A stretch of DNA of 64,000 nucleotides from a virus: IMG/VR virus record IMGVR_UViG_3300042255_000018; one strand, 5' to 3'. This document shows, piece by piece, positions 29,401 to 38,547 of this stretch. The notes beneath the pieces are model-generated. The model was not told where the DNA came from. It saw nothing but the letters and a program-made list of their open reading frames with translations, and did not search any database. Within the stretch, counting starts at the first letter, position 1. Each line of letters starts with the position of its first letter. The translations under genes and the position numbers were made by a program.

Positions 29401-30637
29401 GCGGGTGTGGCTAGACCCCGTTGACAACATGCTGAAGTTTTACGCTACAGGGGACATAACCCCATCTGTCACTCTTGGGGCTACTGACTTGGGCGGGGGG
29501 ATGCTGAAACTTGACCCTGGCAGTAAAACTTTACATGCAATTTACGCTTCAGCTTCTACAGGCACCTATGCAGGGTACGGTTACTCAGCCTGCTACTTAT
29601 CTGGTAACTCGGTAGGTACGGCACTCACAACCGTGGGAAGTGTAGAAGTTTTCGCTAATTACACTTCCTCTCTTAGCGGGGATTTACTCAACGTCACTTA
29701 CGAAGGTACAGGTTCTGCAAACATTGCCCAGAGAGCTATGAGGGTAAAGGACAATAGGACCTGGTACCAACCTGCAGTTCTCATTGAAACTCCTAACGGG
29801 GCCGGGTTTGGTGTAGATAGCCACTTAGAAGCTGCATCGTTTGAATCTACAGCGGGGTCCTATGTGGTAAGAGCAACGTCCAGCAACGCCATGATAGGCA
29901 TCTTGGCCCAGATGACCTCCTCCACTGGCAACCCAGTGGCGATTAAAGCAGTCGCTGCCTCAAGCACCAACTCTGAATCCAACTGCGCTATCCTGGCGGA
30001 ACACACTGGGGGAGGCCCAGCAATCTCTGCGGTAGCGAAAGGTTCTGCCAGTTCTTCCAACCACGGCCTCAGGGCGGTGAAGCAGGTCAACGGCGCTGCT
30101 GTGTCCGCCGGGATCGTTGCCGGGGCCAATGCCTTCGATTTTTACGCTGACGGCCCTGGAACTAACTATGGTCCATTCACCGGCTCACATGAGGCCCTGA
30201 TACAAGACCCTGATAGTGTTGTTGTGGGTGATATTGTTGTGGACCTCTCTTGTATCAACAGAAAGAACGTGTCCAATGCTATTTTCACCTGCGAGCCTTC
30301 GTCAGCTGGAAACCTCAAGACAGCCCTTGGTGTAGTAGCGGTTAAACGGGGACTCTGTAACGAGGGCAACATGCCAGCAGCGTTGCAGGTTATTCCTGAC
30401 ACTGCCTATTTCGTTTTGAATGTAAACGCGGTTGGAGAAGGCCTTATCAACGTTTGCGGTGAAAACGGGAACATCGAAGCGGGTGATCTGATTGTAACCT
30501 CCAATATGCCGGGGAAGGGGATGCGGCAAGATGACGACATCGTAAGGAACTGCACGGTTGCTCGCGCCAGAGAAGGAGTCACGTTCTCTACGCCTAACGA
30601 GGTTAAGCAGATCGCCTGCATCTACCTTTGTGGGTGA
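26432..30637 (+). CDS. Tail fibre/spike with collagen-like stretch and C-terminal intramolecular chaperone-like domain
   Basis: Ig-like SNE(S/A)H repeats, GDKGDT repeats (about 28715-28780), C-terminal NAVGEGLINVCGENGNIEAGDLIVTS. Confidence 0.8.
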   Translation: MTLPVKNTRGATVIGSQVRLMPVGLPDNVVLPGLKRLELTSDHPFFRFDEYGQFIPFEYDEITGDPLPGVINVLAELVAITGEAVFTCSDPAVTLSPILDEESEVEPKPQVGVQVALSDVLNGPLGITATVEDTSTFKPTPDIENEVFTASIEVSALRDGRTPFSVRIDEGQGTTVYPSSGLDANLPPLEFAAEVTGLDPAVTVYYAWYVDGALVQHTDSNLLSVPTPEDAQDFPFAVVVEIRQGAMDAEVLGSDTAYLSKVISASSGLTVGMSNESHTVPFSGGVADYTGSGTTIEVWEGSVKLSTGSVAGTFNVVATGSGLTVGAKTTTADAITYGDHSALSGARGEVLYDITVTRLDGSQLFLSRKQSITAATQGETPKTVSLSGTRTAGVYQPDGTQPDPSYITFTAAATGVSGTVYYRWLVNGSQVAHSTSRSRSVFLPSTKTSDSFTVKVEVREGSSSNPVVATDTITVPLLKDGVDGVGSDGTDGTDGSDGISVALSNEAHVLPTTAAGVVDYVGSGTDIRVWEGSTPLVYATSGAGTFSVTVSDTNVNVGSASTVSSVIRRYANCYNMTADRAVVTFTIAVRPSTGGTLSFTRYQSLAKSTAGKSATVTNNGNGTYTLTDGSGNSVLISDGDPGTPAPIPTVTDNGDGTYTISNGAGQTVVLREPVKGVDYFDGNDGSFKSFIFRKSATKPATPTGGSFNGSTESIPTGWYDTAAGTGYTESDTVWVSERRYTHNGTSWTYSAWSSPAEFYKKGATGDKGDTGDKGDTGDKGDTGPRTASFLIYYQSSAASAPAAPSVSSASYNFATGVLSGVSTSWKTTPPVFQAGNSNKYWYTNITVTEATYQGSQGFQIGTVKQGIGFSGLVTFSGETLTNGTSSFTYTQIDGGWIKTGTLDADRVDADGLFAKDINATGSLALGTGFWGTTGVQLQYNGGAIRAFIGDSANHIKYEANKLSIKSDSLTLDSNGNLSLSGSLKTSNSGKRVWLDPVDNMLKFYATGDITPSVTLGATDLGGGMLKLDPGSKTLHAIYASASTGTYAGYGYSACYLSGNSVGTALTTVGSVEVFANYTSSLSGDLLNVTYEGTGSANIAQRAMRVKDNRTWYQPAVLIETPNGAGFGVDSHLEAASFESTAGSYVVRATSSNAMIGILAQMTSSTGNPVAIKAVAASSTNSESNCAILAEHTGGGPAISAVAKGSASSSNHGLRAVKQVNGAAVSAGIVAGANAFDFYADGPGTNYGPFTGSHEALIQDPDSVVVGDIVVDLSCINRKNVSNAIFTCEPSSAGNLKTALGVVAVKRGLCNEGNMPAALQVIPDTAYFVLNVNAVGEGLINVCGENGNIEAGDLIVTSNMPGKGMRQDDDIVRNCTVARAREGVTFSTPNEVKQIACIYLCG

Positions 30638-30686
30638 CTTTGCTCATGTGTTAATGTACATTTGTGCATTATGAGAGGAATGTACA

Positions 30687-31517
30687 ATGCGCCTTGTATA
30701 CGACAATTTAGCTGATTCAGCGGCCCTGAGCGCCAGTAGCGTATCGGGGTCGCTGGTCGCTGAGAATTTGAAGACAAACTACCGGGCAAAGGTCTGGAGG
30801 TCCACTAGCACGTCAGCGACACTCACGGCTACCTTTTCCTCACCTCAGTTCGTCAGCATGGTCGCGCTACCATTCTGCAATCTCACGTCCACAAGCTACA
30901 TGCGAGTGAAGTTGTTCTCGGATGCGGCCGGCACCTCCGTTGTTTACGACTCGGGCAATGTACTTGCTGTACCTCCAGCCTCATTCGGTAATTTCGGGTG
31001 GGGCTCCGAACCATTGGGCGTCAACCACTACACCTATTCTGGAGTAGGGGTATACGCCACCCACTGGGTTACGGCAGGTCATGTCACTTGCCGAAGGGTT
31101 GAGGTCGCCATCACCGACAGCCAAAACCCTGCTGGATATTTGGAGGCTTCAAGGCTTGTGATCGGAAACCACTGGTCACCAGAAGTCACGGCTGACGTAG
31201 GTGTTCAGCTTGGATTCGATGATCGCAGTTCGCATTCCAAAACCCAGTCTGGCGACACCCGAACTACCCTCCGACCACGGAAGAAGACTCTCAATTTTAC
31301 TCTCGGTGCACTGACAGACCAAGAAGGTGCCAAGGTTTTCGGCATACTGAACGGCATCCCTCTTGGCAAGCTGCTGTTTGTAAGTCTATTCCCTGAGAAC
31401 ACTGATGCAGGGAAGGAACAGGCTTATCAAATGTTCGGACGCAGGAGCAAAGTGGCTCCTGTAGCACTTGTCCACTTTAACGGGGCGTCACACGCTTTCG
31501 CACTGGAGGAAATATGA
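30687..31517 (+). CDS. Tail-associated structural protein
   Basis: 276-aa beta-rich ORF in the tail module; GAGAGG RBS. Confidence 0.65.
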   Translation: MRLVYDNLADSAALSASSVSGSLVAENLKTNYRAKVWRSTSTSATLTATFSSPQFVSMVALPFCNLTSTSYMRVKLFSDAAGTSVVYDSGNVLAVPPASFGNFGWGSEPLGVNHYTYSGVGVYATHWVTAGHVTCRRVEVAITDSQNPAGYLEASRLVIGNHWSPEVTADVGVQLGFDDRSSHSKTQSGDTRTTLRPRKKTLNFTLGALTDQEGAKVFGILNGIPLGKLLFVSLFPENTDAGKEQAYQMFGRRSKVAPVALVHFNGASHAFALEEI

Positions 31518-31735
31518 GCGAAAAGTTGTTCGCCCCCGGCGACCGTGACTACATCGAAAAACTGAACACCCTCCACGAGCAAGTAGTAGCTATAGGCGGC
31601 GGAGGTGGAGAGCTATTGCCAAAAATCAGCGAAGACCCAACCAACCGAGCTAAAGCGGGGTCTGACGGTGGAGTCTACGTGTCAGACGACCTTAGCCCCG
31701 ACCCCCTCGCCTATTACATACTTTCCAGGAGTTAA
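31514..31735 (+). CDS. Small tail-associated protein
   Basis: ISEDPTNRAKAGSDGGVYV motif; GGAGG RBS. Confidence 0.65.
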   Translation: MSEKLFAPGDRDYIEKLNTLHEQVVAIGGGGGELLPKISEDPTNRAKAGSDGGVYVSDDLSPDPLAYYILSRS

Positions 31736-31740
31736 CCTTT

Positions 31741-32241
31741 ATGTCTCTCGAAACAAAACTCGTATCACTTGCCCAGGCAATCGGCGCTGATGTAAAGCTC
31801 CTGACTGACAACCAGGGCAGCTTGACGGCCCTATCCACCACGAACAAGACCAGCCTCGTAGCCGCCATAAATGAGATTTTCGCAGCGCTTGGAAGCTCTG
31901 GTGCCCAGATTGACGACCAGGCTGGCGATGGCTCTACGCTGGTTACATGGTCTGCAGATAAGATATTTGACACCATTGAAGCGGCTAAAACTGCTGTTAA
32001 GAATGAGCTTACAGATGGTGCTGCGGCTGCACTGGATACCCTTTCTGAATTAGCTGCAGCGATTGGCAATGATCCAAACTACGCTGCCACCATTGCTGAT
32101 CAGATTAGTAAACGAGTGCGATTTGATGCTGCCCAAACACTTACTACAGCGCAGCAGTTGCAGGCGTGTACCAATATCGGCATTGGCAATCCAGAAGTAG
32201 ATATTACGGCTTCTTATACAGCAGCTCGGGATGCGGTGTAA
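31741..32241 (+). CDS. Tail fibre-associated helical protein
   Basis: TTNKTSLVAAINE and ALDTLSELAAAIGNDPNYA motifs common in fibre proteins. Confidence 0.75.
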   Translation: MSLETKLVSLAQAIGADVKLLTDNQGSLTALSTTNKTSLVAAINEIFAALGSSGAQIDDQAGDGSTLVTWSADKIFDTIEAAKTAVKNELTDGAAAALDTLSELAAAIGNDPNYAATIADQISKRVRFDAAQTLTTAQQLQACTNIGIGNPEVDITASYTAARDAV

Positions 32242-32244
32242 GCC

Positions 32245-32424
32245 ATGAGTCTGGAGCAGAAGCTGACCGCGTTGGCGGAGGCGATAGGTACGGATGTAAA
32301 GGCGTTGCAGCAGGGAAAAGCTGAAACAGATCACAACCATGATGATCGGTATTTCACCAAAACTGAAGTTAACACCATCTCTGAGATGTCTAAGAAGGCA
32401 ATAGCGTTATCCATCATTTTTTAG
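32245..32424 (+). CDS. 59-aa protein (below ORF-track cutoff), N-terminus paralogous to the upstream gene
   Basis: MSLEQKLTALAEAIGTDVKAL...HNHDDRYFTKTEV...AIALSIIF*. Confidence 0.75.
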   Translation: MSLEQKLTALAEAIGTDVKALQQGKAETDHNHDDRYFTKTEVNTISEMSKKAIALSIIF

Positions 32425-32434
32425 GGGTTCAGTA

Positions 32435-32800
32435 ATGGTAAACATTGTAAATGTCACCAGTATCGTAGGCAGAACCTCGACTGTTGCAGCAGCTATAGTC
32501 GACAGTGAAATCATATCTAACCCAATAGGTTCTGGGAAAATACTGAAGATCAACACTTTAGCCTGCTCTAACAAGGCTACCGCCAACGAGCATGACGTTA
32601 GTGTGTATATCTCAGATGATGGTAATGGGTTGGATTACAGTATTATCTCTAATGCCCCTATACCTCCTGGTGCGACTCTTGTAGTTGTCGGTAGAGACAA
32701 CTTTATATACCTAGAAGAAGGATGGAGCCTATCCTGTTACGCGTCCGCTGACTCCGTTATTGACGCGATTTGCTCATACGAGGAAATAAGCGATGCGTAG
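32435..32800 (+). CDS. Small virion structural protein
   Basis: NIVNVTSIVG...IYLEEG...SYEEI pattern typical of marine phage structural proteins. Confidence 0.65.
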   Translation: MVNIVNVTSIVGRTSTVAAAIVDSEIISNPIGSGKILKINTLACSNKATANEHDVSVYISDDGNGLDYSIISNAPIPPGATLVVVGRDNFIYLEEGWSLSCYASADSVIDAICSYEEISDA

Positions 32801-34100
32801 CTCCACTGGCTATAACGGTTACATTGGAAACTTCTTAGGACCAGACAAAGATGTAGCGCAACCTGTACAAGCTGCCAGTCCAACAATGCCTCAGCCGTTA
32901 ATAAACCAAAACTCACCAACTGCAGCGGATACTTTTACCAACGTATCGTTACCCAATAAAAGAACGGTCTTACTTATTTGGCATTGGGAGGGGTATGCTC
33001 CAAACTCTATACCTATGGTTACTGCCATAACCTATGGAAACTTGACAGCCGTTATAGACCACCAAATTTGTTCTATTACTAGAGGCGATGCATATGGCAC
33101 GGTTGCCGTGGCTCGGCTTGAAAATGTAGACTCTGGCAGCGATACAGTTGTTGTTTACAACACTGCAACTGACCATTTAAGATCGGCATTAACTATTCTC
33201 CACAGTGATCAATATCTGAAACCAATTGCGTTTACTCATGATGACTTAGCTCTTGGGACTAAAAGCAATCTAAGTTTTCAACTACCTGACAATCCATTAG
33301 GCTTAAATATTTATGCAGTTACATGGTCAGATGAGCGTATGCCAGGAAGTTTTACGTCTGCAACTGAACTGTATTATGCAGATGCCGCAGAATATAACGC
33401 TGCATACCAAGCAGCGTTTAGTATTGGGCACAGCTCATCTGCAGAAAGTGTTTATACTACCATTTCGGACGCTTATGATGGTGGCGTAGGGGTAGGTATA
33501 GCCTATGAGGCTATAGAAGATAAGCCTGGACCTATTAGTGGAGTTTTACGTGCTGGGGATACTGGTAAAGCGCGAGTGTACGACATCAATGAGTCACATT
33601 ATTTAAGTTTAATTGGTAAGCTACCTATTTTGCCTCATAGGAGTAGTTGGTTATATATAAGATGGAAAGTCACAGAGGTGGTCTCTATAGATACCTTTGG
33701 AGCGTGCCAAGCTGCTGAATTACAGTTTTTTAAAGACGGTGCACAAGTGTCTCTGAGCGGAGCAGTGTTTACAAACCCACTGGGGCAGCAATACAACAAC
33801 AATACATCGGAGGGGGCGCACGCTCTTTTTGATGGCTCGAATACTACCAAACTGTGCGATGTAAATTTTGAAACCAATGGGTTTATGGTGGCTGTAGTAC
33901 AAGCTGCTGCGCCTATTGAATTCGACTCTTACTCTTGGGTAACAGCAAGGGACGCATCTAGTAGAGACCCCGTATCTTGGACGATAGAGGTGTCTAATGA
34001 TGGTGCTTCCTGGTCTGTTTTGGATGAAGTCATTGGCTTCGCCAACACAACTACTAGAGGTCACACCCATGGCCCATTTGTAGTTTCATTCCCAATATAG
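32793..34100 (+). CDS. Putative receptor-binding protein with C-terminal F5/8-type (discoidin-like) domain
   Basis: LFDGSNTTK...RDPVSWTIEVSNDGASW; low GC. Confidence 0.65.
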   Translation: MRSSTGYNGYIGNFLGPDKDVAQPVQAASPTMPQPLINQNSPTAADTFTNVSLPNKRTVLLIWHWEGYAPNSIPMVTAITYGNLTAVIDHQICSITRGDAYGTVAVARLENVDSGSDTVVVYNTATDHLRSALTILHSDQYLKPIAFTHDDLALGTKSNLSFQLPDNPLGLNIYAVTWSDERMPGSFTSATELYYADAAEYNAAYQAAFSIGHSSSAESVYTTISDAYDGGVGVGIAYEAIEDKPGPISGVLRAGDTGKARVYDINESHYLSLIGKLPILPHRSSWLYIRWKVTEVVSIDTFGACQAAELQFFKDGAQVSLSGAVFTNPLGQQYNNNTSEGAHALFDGSNTTKLCDVNFETNGFMVAVVQAAAPIEFDSYSWVTARDASSRDPVSWTIEVSNDGASWSVLDEVIGFANTTTRGHTHGPFVVSFPI

Positions 34101-34113
34101 GTACTAAGAACTT

Positions 34114-34692
34114 ATGCTTTATTCAAAAAATGGCGGCACCCCAAAACCACTACCTTTCAGGTTAGTCCTTCCCGATGGCAGGACTCGAACCGACCCCTCA
34201 ACATTCACTACTGAAGAGTTGAAAGCTGCGGGGTACGAGGTGGCTCCTGAACGTCCCGAAGAGATATCAGGTCACACCGTCAAGTGGGTTGAAGGGCAAT
34301 GGGTTCAAATGCCTTTTACTTATGCTGAAGTTCACTCCCTACTACATAGAAAAATAAGCGAAGTACAGCAAACAGCTGTTTCGGCTTACCAAAGGGTTGT
34401 GACCACCTCAGATGGCAAAACCTGGCGTGGCGGCAAAGCCTCAGCGGAGTCCATAAAAGGTGCAGTTGATCTCGCGCAATTTGCGGGTGTGGAGGAGATA
34501 ACCCTACGTGACGCAAACCGCGAGCCTCATGCCATGACTCTGGAAGCGGCAATGGGGGTCGCTGCAGCCATTGCGATGGACTACCAGATGAAGTTTCAGG
34601 CCGAGGAGGACGCTCTGCTCGCATTGAGCAAGATAGACCTGGCCGCTGAAGACGCTATCGAGCAGATCGAAGCAGTGGAGTTGGGTGTATGA
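34114..34692 (+). CDS. Tail fibre assembly-like protein (DUF4376-like)
   Basis: RTRTDP N-terminus and LRDANREPHAMT motif. Confidence 0.6.
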   Translation: MLYSKNGGTPKPLPFRLVLPDGRTRTDPSTFTTEELKAAGYEVAPERPEEISGHTVKWVEGQWVQMPFTYAEVHSLLHRKISEVQQTAVSAYQRVVTTSDGKTWRGGKASAESIKGAVDLAQFAGVEEITLRDANREPHAMTLEAAMGVAAAIAMDYQMKFQAEEDALLALSKIDLAAEDAIEQIEAVELGV

Positions 34693-35192
34693 GGTCTCTT
34701 ATCACAGCTGCAATTGCAACCTTCTTGGCCGCTTGTTCACTGCAACCTGCAAACACCCTCTCAGTAATTAGCTCCGCCGCCGACCTCTCGTACCACTACG
34801 AGTCAGGTCAGGCTGTGGAGTTTATCGACAACGCCACCCTGACCGATCTGGAGGTCACTGTAGTGCTGGAAGCACTGGACCAGATTGACAGGTCGAAGTC
34901 CCGGCTCAAAGCGTTCACGGATGAGCCTGAGCGGTTTGTAACCGACATCACCCTGGTGAGCTTTGAATACGCCAAAATAAAGTCGTCCTACCTCAGCATC
35001 CGACAGGTTGTGCTGGATAATCGAGAAGAGTACACGCCAGAGGAATGGCGTGTGTTCGAGGAGTTCGACGCCGCCGCTGGCAATCTTGACCAGCGGTTTG
35101 CCAGCCTCGTAGCAGCGCTGGAGGCCAACACTGCATTGCAAACTGCGTTCAGGCTGGCTGACACCGCTGTAAAGATCGCAACTCTACTGTGA
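34689..35192 (+). CDS. Putative lipoprotein
   Basis: Lipobox LAAC after a signal peptide. Confidence 0.7.
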   Translation: MRSLITAAIATFLAACSLQPANTLSVISSAADLSYHYESGQAVEFIDNATLTDLEVTVVLEALDQIDRSKSRLKAFTDEPERFVTDITLVSFEYAKIKSSYLSIRQVVLDNREEYTPEEWRVFEEFDAAAGNLDQRFASLVAALEANTALQTAFRLADTAVKIATLL

Positions 35193-35199
35193 GGTGACC

Positions 35200-35769
35200 A
35201 TGGCCGAGATACAGATTGACCTGTTCCAGTATCGGTCCATACCGCAGAACTTCGGTAGAGTAGTCGCTGTAGATCAGGACAAGGACGCCATCCTACTGCG
35301 TGGAGGTCTTGACGCCTATGAGCTGAGCCCCAAGCCAAACGAGTGGCTGGTCACCAGGGACTGGGCATTCTGGTCAACCAGACTGCAACAGGTGATCTAC
35401 ATCCCGGCTTGGTTCGTTACTGATTTGGCGTCTATCCCGAGGCTCGCAAGAATCCTGGTGCCCCGTGGCGAGAACGAGCGCATCCCGGCACTGATCCATG
35501 ACTACCTATACGCACTGTTCGGGGAGAAGCTGGAAACACCCGTGAGGGAGGACGCTGACGCTGTATTCCGGGACTTCTGCAAGCTGTGTGGGGTTGGACT
35601 GTTCCGCAGAAACGCGATGTACTTCGCGGTGCGGGGTTTTGGCTGGACCCACTACAGTGAGTCAGATGGAAGGTTCTTTGCTCCTATGGAGCATAGAAAA
35701 TACTATTTGGAAGCGGCAGAGTGGGGTGTTCCTCCGCTTGATTCTGATCCACTTTCTGTCGGGTCGTAA
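35200..35769 (+). CDS. DUF1353-family protein
   Basis: FVTDLASIPR...ALIHDYLY...ADAVF...MYFAVRGFG. Confidence 0.85.
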   Translation: MAEIQIDLFQYRSIPQNFGRVVAVDQDKDAILLRGGLDAYELSPKPNEWLVTRDWAFWSTRLQQVIYIPAWFVTDLASIPRLARILVPRGENERIPALIHDYLYALFGEKLETPVREDADAVFRDFCKLCGVGLFRRNAMYFAVRGFGWTHYSESDGRFFAPMEHRKYYLEAAEWGVPPLDSDPLSVGS

Positions 35770-35784
35770 TGTGCAAATGTACAT

Positions 35785-35822
35785 CCCCGGCCAATGGCCG
35801 GGGCTTTTCTGGGGATTTTGTT
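35785..35822. terminator. Intrinsic terminator between convergent gene arms
   Basis: CCCCGGCCA-A-TGGCCGGGG hairpin followed by CTTTT. Confidence 0.65.
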
Positions 35823-36431
35823 TCAGTGTGCAGCTTGGACTTTCTGACGTTCTGTGTACCTGACCACCACGTCGGTTATACCGCCTAGATCAGTCTTCTC
35901 AGCTGCTCGCTCCGAAATACCTGCTTCCAGCTGGCCCAGTCTCAGCATGACCATCAGAAAGTCTGCCTGATCCTGCAAGTCCTTCAGAGAGCCGTTGTTG
36001 TCGATCACAACGTCAGCATCGCCCTTACGGAGCTGCATACTTTCCATAGGCTCAGGTAGCAGGTGCTCTGACCGGTCCACCCAGACCACTGCATCGAAGA
36101 CGCCTGCTGCTTTACACGCTTCCAGTTCTTCCCGGTTGCGCACTCCGCAGTAGATGTCGTTGTCTTTTGTGACCAGACGAGCCAGGCGAGTCAGATCGCC
36201 CTCGTTAAAATCCCTGATCTCGTCGTGCATCCAGGGGCGGACTTCGCCACGGCGCTTGTACAGGTCTTCGGGGGACACGAAGCCCAACCCGTGCTCAACG
36301 GACAGGTCAAACAAGAACTCTCTGCAGGCGATCAAACTGGAGGTCTCAAAGCGCATCCCGTAGCGATCTCTCAACATTTCGCAGAAGGTGTCTTTGCCAT
36401 GTCGGGCGTGGCCAATTACGAGCAGTTTCAT
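35823..36431 (-). CDS. Deoxynucleoside monophosphate kinase-like protein
   Basis: P-loop GHARHGKDT; DVVIDNNGSL. Confidence 0.8.
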   Translation of the reverse strand: MKLLVIGHARHGKDTFCEMLRDRYGMRFETSSLIACREFLFDLSVEHGLGFVSPEDLYKRRGEVRPWMHDEIRDFNEGDLTRLARLVTKDNDIYCGVRNREELEACKAAGVFDAVVWVDRSEHLLPEPMESMQLRKGDADVVIDNNGSLKDLQDQADFLMVMLRLGQLEAGISERAAEKTDLGGITDVVVRYTERQKVQAAH

Positions 36432-36688
36432 AACCCTGCACCTCTCAGTTGGTCTTTCAGTCGTTGGTTCTGATTCGTCAATCGCTCAAGCTCTTTCAGG
36501 TGCATGGCTTCTTGTTTGGACGAAGAAGCGATCACCCACAACAGGGTTGAGTAGGCAACAACATCTGCCAATGTCCACCAGTCGAATCCGACGATTGCCA
36601 GGTGCAGAACGCCTGCAGAAGCGTATGCACACGCCAGAGCAAAGAACAGGTTCGCCCAGGTTGCATGTTTCTTGATCCAAGTTTTCAT
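36428..36688 (-). CDS. Small membrane protein
   Basis: Two hydrophobic segments plus coiled coil. Confidence 0.65.
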   Translation of the reverse strand: MKTWIKKHATWANLFFALACAYASAGVLHLAIVGFDWWTLADVVAYSTLLWVIASSSKQEAMHLKELERLTNQNQRLKDQLRGAGL

Positions 36689-36894
36689 ACTTCCGCTCCC
36701 TTGGAATTGATCTGCGCCGCCACTTCATCCCGGCTGCACAGAACCGTCAGTGACTCTCCGCTGTGCAGTGTGATCTGACACCTGTTGTGGGCGTAGTTGT
36801 CATTGAAAATCATGGCTATGGCGTCTACCGCGAGGGTTACAGTGCCGACCATCCCGGCGCCAAGGTTTATGTTCACTGAAATGAACTTGCTCAT
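36685..36894 (-). CDS. Hypothetical protein
   Basis: ATGA-coupled small ORF with GGAGG RBS. Confidence 0.65.
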   Translation of the reverse strand: MSKFISVNINLGAGMVGTVTLAVDAIAMIFNDNYAHNRCQITLHSGESLTVLCSRDEVAAQINSKGAEV

Positions 36895-37733
36895 ACGGCC
36901 ACCTCCGCTTTGATCGCAGGGTGCGGTTCGTAGAACTCGACACTGAAGTCGCTAACCTGGTACTCAAGGTTTTCCTTGAACGTCATAGACAGCTTTGGCA
37001 GCGGTCGCCACACACGGCTCAGCAGTTCCTTAGCTTGTTCAAAATGGTTGTGATACAGGTGCAAGTCGCCAAACGTATGGACGAACTCACCAACCTCCAG
37101 ACCGCACTCTGCAGCGATGATGTGGGTCAGCAGGGCGTAGGAGGCGATATTGAACGGACATCCGAGAAAAATGTCGCAGCTGCGCTGGTACAGTTGGCAG
37201 CTCAGTCGGCCGTCTTCTACGTAGAACTGGAACAAGGTGTGGCAGGGTGGTAGGGCCTGCATACCTGCAGAGGCGTTCTGCTGTGGAGACAAATCTGCGT
37301 AGGGCAGGGCCATTGGATTCCACCCACTGACGATTAAGCGCCGTGAGTTAGGGTTCGATTTGATCTGTTCAATCACCTCCGCAATCTGGTCAATAGGTGC
37401 GTAAGGTCCTCTATCCCAGCTGCGCCACTGCTTGCCGTAAATCGGGCCAAGCTCGCCGCTTTCCGTGGCCCATTCAGCCCAGATCGTTTTCTCCGGGTCA
37501 CAACCGCTCAACTCTGCCAATCGGTTGTTGTTCGTGGACCCTTCAAGGAACCACAACAGTTCTGCAACGATCAGCTTGAACGGCACTTTCTTCGTCGTCA
37601 GCAGGGGGAATCCCTCGCTCAAGTCGAACCGTACCTGGCGTCCGAACACAGACCGGGTACCTGTGCCAGTGCGGTCACCTCTGTCGGTGCCATTGGTCAT
37701 TACGTCTGTGAGAAGTTGGTGATACTGTTTCAT
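36891..37733 (-). CDS. thyA: Thymidylate synthase
   Basis: DRTGTGT, ELLWFL, ALPPCH, YQRSCD, FNIASY, DLHLY. Confidence 0.97.
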   Translation of the reverse strand: MKQYHQLLTDVMTNGTDRGDRTGTGTRSVFGRQVRFDLSEGFPLLTTKKVPFKLIVAELLWFLEGSTNNNRLAELSGCDPEKTIWAEWATESGELGPIYGKQWRSWDRGPYAPIDQIAEVIEQIKSNPNSRRLIVSGWNPMALPYADLSPQQNASAGMQALPPCHTLFQFYVEDGRLSCQLYQRSCDIFLGCPFNIASYALLTHIIAAECGLEVGEFVHTFGDLHLYHNHFEQAKELLSRVWRPLPKLSMTFKENLEYQVSDFSVEFYEPHPAIKAEVAV

Positions 37734-37918
37734 AGTTTGCAGGCGCCCCCTGCGCAGTCGTCGAGGTCCATAGACTCCAACTCTTCCTTCTCGGCCAAGG
37801 TCTTTTCCAAATCCTTCGCAAGCTGCCGATCACCTTCCAAGAAGAGGTCATCGTGTTCTGCAAAAACCTCAAACCACCCGAGGATGGTCTTCAGTTCATC
37901 AATGGTCAGGTCTTTCAT
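37730..37918 (-). CDS. 62-aa protein ending in an RNR-tail-like CAGGACKL
   Basis: AAGGA RBS within the ACCAAAGGACCA motif; coupled to thyA. Confidence 0.7.
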   Translation of the reverse strand: MKDLTIDELKTILGWFEVFAEHDDLFLEGDRQLAKDLEKTLAEKEELESMDLDDCAGGACKL

Positions 37919-37960
37919 GTAGTGGTCCTTTGGTTAAGGGGACTGTGGTTAGGGAGTTGG

Positions 37961-38200
37961 TTACTTCAGTTTTCGGTTCGCAGTGATCCGCTCGTAGTCG
38001 TCCCGGCAGTCTGCATCGCAGAACAGTTTCGCCTGCCGGTCCTGCATTTCAAATGGCTCGTCGCAGTTGTAACAGGTGCCTTTGGGGCTCAGCCTTGGGC
38101 CTGAGTTCAGTTGTGCTCGGGCATTGGCAATGCCCATGTCGATGGTTCTCTGAATTTCAATATCTTCCCGGTCCACCGGGTCTCCGAAGTGAATACTCAT
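37961..38200 (-). CDS. Small C4 zinc-finger protein (DksA/TraR-like)
   Basis: DPVD N-terminus, CYNC...FCDADC. Confidence 0.7.
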   Translation of the reverse strand: MSIHFGDPVDREDIEIQRTIDMGIANARAQLNSGPRLSPKGTCYNCDEPFEMQDRQAKLFCDADCRDDYERITANRKLK

Positions 38201-38547
38201 GGGTACGTCCACTCAAATTTTCCGGTTATCTTGTTGCCGAACTCGTCGGAGTAGGTTGGTGTTGCGTCTTTGCTGCGTTCCCAGTGTTCTCGGTGCACCA
38301 GTAGGAGGACTGGGTGCTCCAGCTCCCAGATGTGCCCACTCTCGAAGTAGGGAAATCTGGTTCCGGCGGGCACTTTGATCAGCAGAGGGCAGTCAACAGG
38401 TGGGAGTTCCTTGTTCAAATGCAGGTCGGTGCCCGGCAGCAGGAATCCCGCCACCGGCAACTCTGGGTGTTTCATCGCCTTAAAGTACATCAGAGGCGTC
38501 TGGCCAGGCTCCCCCAGCTCCAGCGCACAGTTAGGACACCGCTGCAT
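38197..38547 (-). CDS. Hypothetical protein
   Basis: 116-aa ORF coupled in the operon; PPVDCPLLI...WTYP. Confidence 0.6.
   Translation of the reverse strand: MQRCPNCALELGEPGQTPLMYFKAMKHPELPVAGFLLPGTDLHLNKELPPVDCPLLIKVPAGTRFPYFESGHIWELEHPVLLLVHREHWERSKDATPTYSDEFGNKITGKFEWTYP

Noticed and set aside
26432..34100. Diversity-generating retroelement or invertible tail-fibre shufflon
   Set aside because: No RT, no TR/VR pair and no inverted fibre segments were seen.
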